Positions 9,102 through 18,448 of a stretch of 64,000 bases of DNA are shown here, piece by piece. Position 1 is the stretch's first letter. Every line of letters begins with the position of its first letter. The notes under the pieces are model-generated. The model ran no database searches. It saw only the letters and a program-made list of their open reading frames with translations, and was not told where the DNA came from. The DNA comes from an uncultured Pelagibacteraceae bacterium (GTDB taxonomy: Bacteria > Pseudomonadota > Alphaproteobacteria > Pelagibacterales > Pelagibacteraceae), in NCBI GenBank assembly GCA_902538915.1, contig CACBGZ010000001.1:181108-245107 (forward strand). Reading direction: 5' to 3'. The translations under genes and the position numbers were made by a program.

Positions 9102-11579
9102 ATGGAAAAAAATAAAATTACAGCTGTACTTGGCCCAACAAATACTGGCAAAACCCATTTAGCTATTGAAACTATGCTTTCTTTTGAAAATGGAATGATT
9201 GGTTTCCCTCTTAGATTATTAGCAAGAGAGGTATACGACAAGGTAATTCAAAAAATTTCCTTAGATAAGGTTGCTCTAATTACAGGTGAAGAAAAAATTA
9301 TTCCTAATAATGCAAAATATTTTTTATGTACCGTTGAGTCAATGCCGATTGATAAACACTTGGATTTTGTTGGAGTTGATGAAATTCAAATGTGTGCAGA
9401 TCATGAAAGAGGACATATCTTCACTGACAGATTATTAAATTTAAGAGGTAGTAAGCTTACCATGTTAATGGGATCTAATACTATCAAAAATATCATTTCA
9501 AAATTAGATGGTGATATTGAATTTATAAATAAAAAAAGACTGTCTAAACTTACATACGCAGGATATAAAAAAATCTCTAGAATAAATAGAAAAACTGCAA
9601 TTATAGCTTTCTCAGCTGAAGAAGTTTATGCTATTGCGGAACTCATAAGAAGACAAAAAGGTGGGGCAGCAATTGTTATGGGCTCTTTAAGCCCAAAGAC
9701 TAGAAATGCGCAGGTTGAGCTTTATCAATCAAATGATGTAGATTTTTTAGTTGCAACAGATGCTATTGGTATGGGAATAAATATGGATCTCGATCATATT
9801 TACTTTTCAAATTTAAAGAAATTTGATGGAAGAAAATTGCGAAAATTAAATTTATCAGAAATTGGACAAATAGCAGGGAGAGCAGGCAGATATTTAAATG
9901 ATGGTAATTTTGGTATAACTGGTGATTGTAAAGAAATTAGTGCTGAAGATGTTGAATTACTTGAAAATCATAAATTTGAAGAAATTCAATTCCTATTTTG
10001 GCGTAATTCACATTTAAATTTTAATAATCCTTCAGTACTTCTAAAATCTCTTGAAGAAAAACCTAATAGAGCATGGTTAAGAAAAATACGTGAGTGTGAG
10101 GATGAAAAAGCTCTTAAATTTTTCTTGAGAGATAAAAATCTAGAGAATTTTGAATTTACTGAAAGAAAATTGAAACTTTTATGGGAGTGTTGTCAAATAC
10201 CAGATTTTGTCAAAAAAACTTATGGTAATCATTATGAAGTAATTTCAAACGTTTTTAAATATTTAAATAGTGAAAAAGGAAAAATTACCGATGAATATAT
10301 GCGACTTCAGCTAATAAAACTTGATAAATTAGATGGAAATGTAGATTCTATATCAAATAGAATTGCAAATGTAAGAACTTGGTCTTATGTTTCGAATAAA
10401 AATAATTGGGTAGAGAATCAAATTTATTGGATAGAAAAAACAAAATTACTAGAGGATAAACTTTCAGATAGATTACATGAAGAACTTACAAAAACTTTTA
10501 TTGATAAACGTGCGAGTGTTCTAGCAAGAGGCCTAAAACAAGATATGAAATTTGAGACCAAAGTTTTAAAAAATAATGATGTCATTATTGATAATCAGTT
10601 TATTGGGAAAATTAATGGTCTTAAATTAGAACTTGATTTAAAAAAAGGTGCACTTGAAACTGACATTAAATCTCTCAAAAAGGCTGCTCGTCAGACAGTA
10701 GGTCCTGAATTAGAGAAAAGAATCCAATCCATAGTTGAGACTGGGCTAATTGAACTAAATAATGATTTTAAGATATATTGGCAAAAATTTAAAATTGGAA
10801 GGTTAATTCCAGGTAAGGACTATTTAAATCCAAAAATTGAATTAATAGTAGATGATATTTTAGAACAAAACCAAAGGAAGAAACTAACAAACTATCTAAC
10901 GAAATGGCTTGAGAACAAAATAAACACAACACTTAAAAGTCTCATTGATTTAAAATTTTTAAAAGAAAAAAATTCCTCTATAAAAGCACTTGCTTATCAA
11001 CTCTATGAAAATAATGGTGTTTTAAAAAGAGATCATGTTGCTGATTACTTAAAAAACTTAGAACAAAATCAAAGAAAAATTTTAAGAGACCTTGGCGTTA
11101 GATTTGGAAGATATCATATTTTTTTACATAAATTAATCAAGCCTGAACCTGTTTCACTAAGAACCTTGCTGTGGAAAAATTATCATCAAAAATATTTTAA
11201 TCTTAACCCTCCAACTTTTGGATTAAATTTTATAGATAATGATAAAATAAAAGATAAAAACTTTATGCTACTTTGTGGTTTTGAAAAGTTTGATAACATT
11301 TATGTGAGAATCGATATTTTAGAGAGGTTATTTATGCAAATAATCAATTCAAACTCTGAAAAAGGCAAAGAAATTAAAATGATACCAGAAATGTTAAACT
11401 TGTTAGGGTGTAATAAAGAAAATTTTAAAAAGCTTCTCGTAAGTATGAATTATAAGATAATTGATAGAGAAAATGATATATTTTTTAGATACACACCTAA
11501 AAAAAATTTTAAAAAACAGAATAAAAAAATTTTAAAGGAAACTCCGTTTGGAGTTTTAAAAGATTTGAATTTCAATTAG
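9102..11579 (+). CDS. SUV3/MgpS-like superfamily 2 helicase
   Basis: GPTNTGKT, DEIQ, ATDAIGMGIN and QIAGRAGR motifs. Confidence 0.9.
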   Translation: MEKNKITAVLGPTNTGKTHLAIETMLSFENGMIGFPLRLLAREVYDKVIQKISLDKVALITGEEKIIPNNAKYFLCTVESMPIDKHLDFVGVDEIQMCADHERGHIFTDRLLNLRGSKLTMLMGSNTIKNIISKLDGDIEFINKKRLSKLTYAGYKKISRINRKTAIIAFSAEEVYAIAELIRRQKGGAAIVMGSLSPKTRNAQVELYQSNDVDFLVATDAIGMGINMDLDHIYFSNLKKFDGRKLRKLNLSEIGQIAGRAGRYLNDGNFGITGDCKEISAEDVELLENHKFEEIQFLFWRNSHLNFNNPSVLLKSLEEKPNRAWLRKIRECEDEKALKFFLRDKNLENFEFTERKLKLLWECCQIPDFVKKTYGNHYEVISNVFKYLNSEKGKITDEYMRLQLIKLDKLDGNVDSISNRIANVRTWSYVSNKNNWVENQIYWIEKTKLLEDKLSDRLHEELTKTFIDKRASVLARGLKQDMKFETKVLKNNDVIIDNQFIGKINGLKLELDLKKGALETDIKSLKKAARQTVGPELEKRIQSIVETGLIELNNDFKIYWQKFKIGRLIPGKDYLNPKIELIVDDILEQNQRKKLTNYLTKWLENKINTTLKSLIDLKFLKEKNSSIKALAYQLYENNGVLKRDHVADYLKNLEQNQRKILRDLGVRFGRYHIFLHKLIKPEPVSLRTLLWKNYHQKYFNLNPPTFGLNFIDNDKIKDKNFMLLCGFEKFDNIYVRIDILERLFMQIINSNSEKGKEIKMIPEMLNLLGCNKENFKKLLVSMNYKIIDRENDIFFRYTPKKNFKKQNKKILKETPFGVLKDLNFN

Positions 11580-11586
11580 ATAAATT

Positions 11587-11994
11587 ATGTTTTTTAAAAA
11601 TAATAAAAATCAAAACAATGATTTAATTAAAGTAACAGCACTATTAATTCATGCTGCAAAAATTGACGAAAATTTTACAATTGAAGAGGAAAAAATTATA
11701 GAAGAAACTATCTTAAACTTAGGAGCAAACAAAGACGATGTGAAACAAATTATTATTGAAAGTAAAAAAATTGAGGAGAAAACAAATCAAATTTTAGAAT
11801 TTACAAGAGAAGTTAAAAATATGGAGGAAATTAATAAAATTAAAATTATAGAAACATTGTGGCGAATTATTTATTCAAATAAAGATGCTGATATGTACGA
11901 AACTAACCTGATGAGACGACTTGCTGGATTGCTGTATATTGACAATCATACTATGGGAAATATCAAAGCTAAAATTGAAAAAGAAAACTCTTAA
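11587..11994 (+). CDS. TerB (tellurite-resistance-like) domain protein
   Basis: [13 protein letters not shown] and LWRIIYS...[11 protein letters not shown] pattern. Confidence 0.8.
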   Translation: MFFKNNKNQNNDLIKVTALLIHAAKIDENFTIEEEKIIEETILNLGANKDDVKQIIIESKKIEEKTNQILEFTREVKNMEEINKIKIIETLWRIIYSNKDADMYETNLMRRLAGLLYIDNHTMGNIKAKIEKENS

Positions 11995-12320
11995 TGACAT
12001 ATATTGTAAACGACAAATGTATTAAATGTAAATTAATGGATTGTGTTGAAGTATGCCCTGTTGATTGTTTTTACGAGGGAAAAAATATGCTTGTAATTAA
12101 ACCGGATGAGTGTATAGATTGTGGCGTTTGTGAGCCAGAATGTCCGGTTGATGCGATCAAAGCTGATACAGAGCCAGAAAGTAAAAAATGGATCGAAATT
12201 AACCAAAAATATTCAGAGATTTGGCCAAACATAAACGAGAAAAAAGATCCTCCACCGGATCATGAAAAATATAAAAATGAGCAAAATAAGTTTGAAAAAT
12301 ATTTTAAAGAAAACCTTTAA
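11994..12320 (+). CDS. fdxA: Ferredoxin FdxA (dicluster)
   Basis: [18 protein letters not shown] and [12 protein letters not shown]. Confidence 0.95.
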   Translation: MTYIVNDKCIKCKLMDCVEVCPVDCFYEGKNMLVIKPDECIDCGVCEPECPVDAIKADTEPESKKWIEINQKYSEIWPNINEKKDPPPDHEKYKNEQNKFEKYFKENL

Positions 12321-13140
12321 ATCTAAGAATAAATCAAGTACGAAAAAAATCAAGAAGCCCAAGAAGGTTAAAAAAACCAAAAGCATATCCAAATCAACAA
12401 AAATTAAAAAAGTTATAAATGTAAAAAAGTCTGCAAAAACAATTATAAAAAAGAAAAATGAAAAATCTGATATTAAATCAGAAGGATTAAGAATTCCAAA
12501 GAACAATGAGTTAAAGCCAGAAATTAAAAAAGTTAAAAAACAAGAAACTGAAAAAAGAGATTATAAAATTAAAGATTTTGTAGTTTATCCTAAGCATGGC
12601 GTAGGTCAAATATCTGAGTTTAAAAAGATCAATATAGGTGGGATCGATGTAGAAACATACATAATAAAATTTGAAAAAGATAAAGCTAACGGTATGGTTC
12701 CAGTAAACAAACAATCTCATCTGAGACCGCTTGCTACAATTAATCAAGTAAATAAGTGTATTTCTATTTTAAAAAGTAAGCCTAAAATTAAAAGATCAAT
12801 GTGGAGTAGACGTGCTCAAGAATACGAAGCAAAAATATCTTCAGGAAAAATTTATGAATTGGCTGAGGTTGTAAGAGATCTCAACAAAGGAGATGATTTA
12901 ATGGTTGATCAGTCATATTCTGAAAGACAATTATTTGAAAAGGCCTATGAGAGAATTTTATCAGAATTTCAGATAATCCTTAATATTTCTCTAGAGGATA
13001 CTCAAAAAAAATTAGATAAAGCACTAAAAAGAAATTTAAATCCTCAAAATAAACCAGAAATTAAAGAAGAGAAAAGTGAAACCTCTAAAATAAACAATGA
13101 AGACATCTCTGATGTAACGGAGCAGCAGTTAGAGGAATAA
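12277..13140 (+). CDS. carD: CarD/CdnL family RNAP-binding regulator with Lys-rich N-terminal extension and acidic C-terminal tail
   Basis: [13 protein letters not shown]-interaction domain, MWSRRAQEY with the conserved Trp, [10 protein letters not shown]; start at 12277 or 12262, uncertain. Confidence 0.9.
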   Translation: MSKISLKNILKKTFKSKNKSSTKKIKKPKKVKKTKSISKSTKIKKVINVKKSAKTIIKKKNEKSDIKSEGLRIPKNNELKPEIKKVKKQETEKRDYKIKDFVVYPKHGVGQISEFKKINIGGIDVETYIIKFEKDKANGMVPVNKQSHLRPLATINQVNKCISILKSKPKIKRSMWSRRAQEYEAKISSGKIYELAEVVRDLNKGDDLMVDQSYSERQLFEKAYERILSEFQIILNISLEDTQKKLDKALKRNLNPQNKPEIKEEKSETSKINNEDISDVTEQQLEE

Positions 13141-13185
13141 AAAAAAAACGCCCCTCACACGTAAATCGTTATGAGAAGCGTTTTT
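13141..13185 (-). terminator. Intrinsic terminator for the minus-strand small basic peptide gene
   Basis: Minus-strand RNA ACGCUUCUCAUAACG-AUUUA-CGUGUGAGGGGCGU followed by a U run; three G:U pairs form only on the minus strand. Confidence 0.8.
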
Positions 13186-13204
13186 ATTAAAGAATACTAA
13201 GTAA

Positions 13205-13282
13205 TTATCTTCTTCTTCTTTTTTTAGCTTTTTTCTTAGCTTTTTTCTTAGCTTTCTTTGCTTTTTTTCTTCTCTTAGGCAT
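13205..13282 (-). CDS. 25-aa protamine/histone-H1-like peptide MPKRRKKAKKAKKKAKKKAKKRRRR
   Basis: Manual translation; AGGGAG RBS 6 nt before the ATG; flanked by a promoter and a strand-specific terminator. Confidence 0.8.
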   Translation of the reverse strand: MPKRRKKAKKAKKKAKKKAKKRRRR

Positions 13283-13304
13283 CTTTAGCTCCCTTTTTAG
13301 TTAA

Positions 13305-13362
13305 ACGAATCAATATGATTCGTAATTACCTTATTTTTATTTTTTTATGCACGTTATGTCAA
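13305..13362 (-). promoter_or_regulatory. Sigma70-type promoter (TTGACA-17-TAAAAA) and palindrome ACGAATCA-ATA-TGATTCGT for the basic peptide gene
   Basis: TGTCAA at 13357-13362 on the + strand; perfect 8-bp inverted repeat at 13305-13323 containing two GANTC sites. Confidence 0.6.
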
Positions 13363-13479
13363 TTATTTAATTAAAATTAAAAGTTAAATTAAAAAAATTA
13401 AATAAAAAATTTTTAAAAATAATTTTGATGCACAAAAAGTTAATGTTTATGCGCTTTATAACCTAATATTTTAAGAATT

Positions 13480-15177
13480 TTAATAAAGTTTTTCTAAATC
13501 TTGTTTATATATTTCTAAAATTTTTTTTCTTTTTAATTTTAATGTAGGTGTCAACATTCCATTTTCAATTGTAAATTCTTCATTTATTAACTTAAATTTT
13601 TTAATTTTTTCTACTAATGATAAATTTTTATTTAAATTTTCTAAATAAAATTTGATCTCTTTTTCGTTTTCTATACTTTCACTTACAATTAACGCAACTA
13701 GATAAGTTTTTTTATCACCATAAACAAAGCTTTGTTTAATTTTTTCGTTGAGACATAACAAATTCTCAATTTTTGATGGTGAAATATTATCTCCACCAAG
13801 ATTTACTATGATTTCTTTTTTTCTGTCGGTTATTTTTAAATTACCCTCTTTTGTAATTTCACCAATATCACCTGTATACAACCAGCCATCTTTTAAAATC
13901 TCATCAGTTTCTTTTTTCATATTCCAATAACCAAGCATTACATTCTCGCCTTTAACCAGAATTTCACCATCCTCTGCGATTTTCACCTCGTTTGTTTTAA
14001 AGGGGGGTCCTACCGTATCAATCTTTATTTTTCCAGGAATATTACAACTTACTACAGGGGATGCTTCGGTAAGGCCATAACCTTGCAAAGTTGGCAATCC
14101 AATAGAATTCAAAAATTCACCAATTTTTTGATCTAAAGCACCTCCTCCAGAAACAAAAGCCTTTAAATTTCCACCAAACTGATTTTTGATTTTTCTTCTT
14201 ACTAATTTTTCACATAAAAAATTTATAATTATTTCCTTAAAGCTCATTCTCACATTATTTAGTTTTTTTATTCCAAGCAAAATTGTCAAAGATATTAATT
14301 TTTTTTTGAACCCTGTTTGTTTTGAAAAATTCATCGAAATCTTACTGTACAAATTTTGATAAAATCTTGGAACAGCAGTCATTATGGTTGGTTTAGCAAC
14401 CAACATATTAGATAATAATTTTTCTAAACTTTCAGCATAATAAATTTTTGCTCCTAAGGTGATTTGAACAAATTGAACAGCATGCTCATATGAATGAGAT
14501 AATGGTAGCCAGGTCAAAAAAACAGGTTCGCTATTTTTAGTTAATGAATTTAAAATCTCTTCTGCACCTTCACAATTAGATAAAATACCCCCATGACTAA
14601 GCATCACACCTTTAGGATTACCAGTTGTACCAGATGTGTAAATGATACAAGCAAGATCTTTTCTTTCAATATTTTTGTTGAATTTTAAATGATCTAAAGC
14701 TTTTTTTTTAGAATATTTTGTAAGGATATTTTCTATACTATCAATTTGGTCATTTATATTTTCTATCGATAAAACTTTTATTTTATTTGAAATAAATTTA
14801 TTTATTTTTTTTAATTGAATATTATTTGAAACGATACAAATTTTTGGCTTACAGTCATTAATGATATACTCATAATCTTTTTCAGAGTAAGTTGTAAATA
14901 AAGGAACTGTTACCCCGCCAGCGTTCATAATGGCTATATCCGAAATAAGCCACTCAGGCCGATTTTCGGATAATAAAATACATCTATCTCCTTTAGATAA
15001 ATTTTTTATTAAATACTCTGATAAAATTTGGATTTTTTCTACTACTTGTTCCCAGGTTATAAAATCATTCTTATTCTCTTTTAACCATTTTAAAAATGGC
15101 TTATCAGAAACAGACTTTAACTCATCATACTTTTTAAAAAAAAGTTCAACCAGACTGTTAATTTTACTTAATTCCAT
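13480..15177 (-). CDS. fadD: Long-chain fatty acid-CoA ligase (AMP-dependent synthetase)
   Basis: IIYTSGTTGNPKGVML, QGYGLTE and GWLYTGDIG motifs. Confidence 0.88.
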   Translation of the reverse strand: MELSKINSLVELFFKKYDELKSVSDKPFLKWLKENKNDFITWEQVVEKIQILSEYLIKNLSKGDRCILLSENRPEWLISDIAIMNAGGVTVPLFTTYSEKDYEYIINDCKPKICIVSNNIQLKKINKFISNKIKVLSIENINDQIDSIENILTKYSKKKALDHLKFNKNIERKDLACIIYTSGTTGNPKGVMLSHGGILSNCEGAEEILNSLTKNSEPVFLTWLPLSHSYEHAVQFVQITLGAKIYYAESLEKLLSNMLVAKPTIMTAVPRFYQNLYSKISMNFSKQTGFKKKLISLTILLGIKKLNNVRMSFKEIIINFLCEKLVRRKIKNQFGGNLKAFVSGGGALDQKIGEFLNSIGLPTLQGYGLTEASPVVSCNIPGKIKIDTVGPPFKTNEVKIAEDGEILVKGENVMLGYWNMKKETDEILKDGWLYTGDIGEITKEGNLKITDRKKEIIVNLGGDNISPSKIENLLCLNEKIKQSFVYGDKKTYLVALIVSESIENEKEIKFYLENLNKNLSLVEKIKKFKLINEEFTIENGMLTPTLKLKRKKILEIYKQDLEKLY

Positions 15178-15181
15178 AATT

Positions 15182-15266
15182 TGGTGGGCGAAGAGAGAAT
15201 CGAACTCTCACTTCTTACGAAACACGATTTTGAGTCGTGCGCGTCTACCAGTTCCGCCATTCGCCC
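15182..15266 (-). tRNA. tRNA-Leu(CAA)
   Basis: Reverse complement GGGCGAATGGCGGAACTGGTAGACGCGCACGACTCAAAATCGTG...GTTCGATTCTCTCTTCGCCCACCA; long variable arm. Confidence 0.96.
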
Positions 15267-15323
15267 TATTTTTTAATAATTTATTAAATAGTATAAGAAC
15301 TAAAATTATATTAAAACCAAAAA

Positions 15324-15929
15324 ATGTTTAAAAGTCTTTACAAAAAATGTTTGGATTTATCAGCCCACAAAAGTTCTAAATATTACTTAGCGATAGTCTC
15401 TTTTATTGAAAGTTCATTTTTTCCTATTCCTCCAGATGTAATGGTTATTCCGATGGTCATATCAAAAAAAAATGATTTTATTAAAATCTTTCTTATAACT
15501 ACAATTTTTTCAGTTATGGGTGGTATGCTTGGCTATTTAATTGGGGCATCCTTTTTTGAATTCGGTACACACATTATAAATTTTTATGGTTATGAGGATA
15601 AATTATCGAATATTAAAGACAATTTAATTAATAGTGAGGGTTTTTATGCCTGGTTAGGAATACTTTTTTTAGCCGGTTTTACCCCTCTTCCTTATAAAGT
15701 TTTTACGATTGCAAGTGGTCTGATAGGTTTTAATTTTTTAATCTTTATTTTTATAAGTTTAATTTCAAGAGGATTAAGATTTTTTATTGTATCATATCTT
15801 TCCTATAAGTTTGGAGATTTATTTAATGAATTTATGAATAAGCATGGGTCAAAATGGTTTACAATAATCGGAATTTTGATTGTTATAATTGGATTATTAA
15901 TTTATCTAATTTTTAAATCTCATGTTTAA
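15324..15929 (+). CDS. YqaA/DedA (VTT) family membrane protein
   Basis: SFIESSFFPIPPD and GFTPLPYKVFTI motifs. Confidence 0.9.
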   Translation: MFKSLYKKCLDLSAHKSSKYYLAIVSFIESSFFPIPPDVMVIPMVISKKNDFIKIFLITTIFSVMGGMLGYLIGASFFEFGTHIINFYGYEDKLSNIKDNLINSEGFYAWLGILFLAGFTPLPYKVFTIASGLIGFNFLIFIFISLISRGLRFFIVSYLSYKFGDLFNEFMNKHGSKWFTIIGILIVIIGLLIYLIFKSHV

Positions 15930-16407
15930 CCTTAAATTTGAAATTTACTTTAAAATAATTTTTCTGTTTAGTTTTACTGCATTAATTGGTGCATATTTTA
16001 TTGAGTATGTTCTTGGCCATCAACCATGTAACCTATGTTTAATTGAGAGAATTCCTTATGGTTTAAGTATTATTTTAACATCTACAATATTAATATTAAA
16101 AAAAAATGAAAAATTTTTTATCGTATTGTTAATACTTACTTTTGTTTTTTCTTCCACAATTTCTTTATATCATTTAGGTATTGAGCAAGGCATTTTTCAA
16201 GAATCTGCTGTTTGTAGTGTTAAAGACTTTTCTGAGAATATAACGAAGGAGGATTTACTAAATCAATTAAGTAAAAGAATAATCAGCTGCAAAGATGTGA
16301 CATTTAGAATTTTTGGATTTTCACTTACTACTATTAATATTGTAATTAGTTTATTATTTATTATAACGCTTTTAAAAATTTATACTAAATATGAAAAAAA
16401 AAAATAG
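15922..16407 (+). CDS. dsbB: Disulfide bond formation protein B
   Basis: PCNLCLIER motif, four TM helices, second Cys pair. Confidence 0.88.
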   Translation: MFNLKFEIYFKIIFLFSFTALIGAYFIEYVLGHQPCNLCLIERIPYGLSIILTSTILILKKNEKFFIVLLILTFVFSSTISLYHLGIEQGIFQESAVCSVKDFSENITKEDLLNQLSKRIISCKDVTFRIFGFSLTTINIVISLLFIITLLKIYTKYEKKK

Positions 16408-16921
16408 TAAAGTTGAAGAGTTTATTAGAGTTGATCATGCAGGAGAGAGGGGTGCAGTAAAAATCTATGAAGGCCAGCTATTAGCTTTAAATACAATCGT
16501 AAAAGATGACAATCTAAAAAAAACAATTGAGGACATGAAGGTACATGAGGTTGAACATTGTCAATTTTTTGAAAATGAGATTAAAAAAAGAGATATTGAG
16601 CCAACAAAGTTTTTACCATTATGGGATCTTCTTGGGTTAGGCTTAGGTTTTGGTTCAACAATTCTTGGGAAAAAAGCAGCTATGCTATGTACTGCTTCTG
16701 TTGAAGAAGTTATCGACGAACATTATCAAGATCAGATAAATCAACTTGGTCCAGAGGAAAAAAATTTGAAGAAAAAAATTATTAAATTTAGGGAGGATGA
16801 ACTTCATCACAAAGATATAGCTTATGAAAAAGGTGCAACAAAAAAAGGGTTTTATTCAATTATGGATAAAATAATAAAAACTGGATCAAAGATTGCAATC
16901 CGTATTTCAGAAAAAGTTTAA
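16391..16921 (+). CDS. coq7: Demethoxyubiquinone hydroxylase (Coq7, di-iron)
   Basis: IRVDHAGE.GA..IY.GQ, EVEH, EEVIDEHY and DELHH motifs. Confidence 0.92.
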   Translation: MKKKNSKVEEFIRVDHAGERGAVKIYEGQLLALNTIVKDDNLKKTIEDMKVHEVEHCQFFENEIKKRDIEPTKFLPLWDLLGLGLGFGSTILGKKAAMLCTASVEEVIDEHYQDQINQLGPEEKNLKKKIIKFREDELHHKDIAYEKGATKKGFYSIMDKIIKTGSKIAIRISEKV

Positions 16922-16924
16922 ATT

Positions 16925-17494
16925 TTAAGCTTCCAACTCAACATCCCAGTACAAATAATCCATCCAGCTTTTATGTAAGTAATTTGGAGGAAAATTTTTT
17001 CCATTACGATGTAAATCTTCTGTCGTAGGTCGATAGGGATAGCTCGATAATTTCATTCCAGATTTTTTTAGTAATTTTCCACCTTTTTTTACATTACACG
17101 CTGAACATGCTGTAACAACGTTATCCCAATTCGTTTCACCCCCCTTAGATCTAGGCAATAAATGGTCAAAGGTAAGCTCTTCCCCACTCCCACAATATTG
17201 ACATGAAAACTTATCTCTAAGAAAAACGTTAAATCTTGTAAAACTTGGTTGTGATTGTGGAACTATATAATCTTTCAATGCAATAACGCTTGGCAGTTGC
17301 ATATTAAATGACGGACTTCTTACTACTCTGTCATAAGTGCTTACTATAATTACTCTATCTAAAAATACAGATTTAACAGTATCCTGCCAAGACCATAGGG
17401 ATAAGGGATAATAACTTAAAGGCCTATAATCCGCATTTAATACTAATGCTGGGCATTTTTCTAAAGAAACATTTCTTTCAATAAAATTATTCAT
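16925..17494 (-). CDS. HNH endonuclease (McrA-like, LVLNADY family)
   Basis: RDKFSCQYCG, TFDHLLPRSKGG, WDNVVTACSACNVKKG. Confidence 0.9.
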   Translation of the reverse strand: MNNFIERNVSLEKCPALVLNADYRPLSYYPLSLWSWQDTVKSVFLDRVIIVSTYDRVVRSPSFNMQLPSVIALKDYIVPQSQPSFTRFNVFLRDKFSCQYCGSGEELTFDHLLPRSKGGETNWDNVVTACSACNVKKGGKLLKKSGMKLSSYPYRPTTEDLHRNGKNFPPNYLHKSWMDYLYWDVELEA

Positions 17495-17531
17495 TAAGAA
17501 AACATAACTTATTAAAAAAATATTTCAATCT

Positions 17532-18191
17532 TTAGGCAAGATTAAATTTTTTGAGAATATAATTTAATGCTATACTTGATGCCTGAATCGGAATATGATG
17601 GTCGCAGCCTTTAATTAAATGAGTTTCAATTTGTATGTCATTCCTTATAAAAAAATCTTTTGCTTCAAGCAAAAAGTTGGCTGGAACTACTTGATCTAAA
17701 TCACCATGGATCAACAATGTATTTGTAGAAGCTTTTTTTCTATTTTTTAAATTTTCCTGATTTATGATTTTTCCAGAAAAACCAATTATGCTATTATATT
17801 CTCGGTCAGAAGTTAAGCCTAGATTAATAGCCATCATACAACCTTGGCTAAATCCTGATAAACAAATTTTATCATTTTCTAAATCAAATTCCTCTTTTAT
17901 TTCAATTATAAATTTATTTAATATTTTTTCAGCTTTTATGGACTCATCTAAAATATAACTTGAGTCATTTTTTGTTAGATCAAACCACTGAAAGCCTGAT
18001 GGATTAATTTGACATGTCTCATGACCGTCAGGACAAATAAATATAGTATTTGGTAAATATCTTTTCCAATTTAATGAGAGCATACTTATATCTTTACCAT
18101 CTCCACCATAGCCGTGTAGTAAAATTATCGCATTTTTAATTTCCAAATTATTTTCTGGTCTAATAATTGTTGAATTTAGGCAAAATGTCAT
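17532..18191 (-). CDS. Phospholipase/carboxylesterase (alpha/beta hydrolase)
   Basis: LLHGYGG, GFSQG nucleophile elbow, HGDLDQVV. Confidence 0.9.
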   Translation of the reverse strand: MTFCLNSTIIRPENNLEIKNAIILLHGYGGDGKDISMLSLNWKRYLPNTIFICPDGHETCQINPSGFQWFDLTKNDSSYILDESIKAEKILNKFIIEIKEEFDLENDKICLSGFSQGCMMAINLGLTSDREYNSIIGFSGKIINQENLKNRKKASTNTLLIHGDLDQVVPANFLLEAKDFFIRNDIQIETHLIKGCDHHIPIQASSIALNYILKKFNLA

Positions 18192-18244
18192 ATCATATAA
18201 TTTATGTTTTTTTATCTTAAAAACAGATTACAATCTTATAATAT

Positions 18245-18448
18245 ATGATTTCTGGAGTATTAGTAAAAGTAATATCATTAGCTTTATTAATGGCAGTTGG
18301 AATAGTCCTAATCCTTGGAGTCGGAACTTTATTCAAAGGAGGCAAAACAAGCAAAAAATATTCCAACAAATTAATGCAGTTAAGGGTATTGTTACAATTT
18401 ATTGCTGTTATAGCATTGGTGACTTTTGCGTACTTTTTTAAAAATTAA
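18245..18448 (+). CDS. HIG1-domain twin-transmembrane small protein
   Basis: SNKLMQLRVLLQ motif between two TM helices. Confidence 0.85.
   Translation: MISGVLVKVISLALLMAVGIVLILGVGTLFKGGKTSKKYSNKLMQLRVLLQFIAVIALVTFAYFFKN

Noticed and set aside
13363-13400. Clustered TTAA motifs as CtrA boxes
   Set aside because: Spacing does not fit TTAA-N7-TTAA, and the region is almost pure A/T.
14930-15331. 133-aa plus-strand ORF spanning the fadD start and tRNA-Leu
   Set aside because: Antisense to a tRNA and a conserved CDS; shadow ORF.
16925-17494. HNH nuclease as a mobile element or defence system
   Set aside because: No flanking repeats, methylase, intron or integrase. It sits beside an esterase in an otherwise core neighbourhood.
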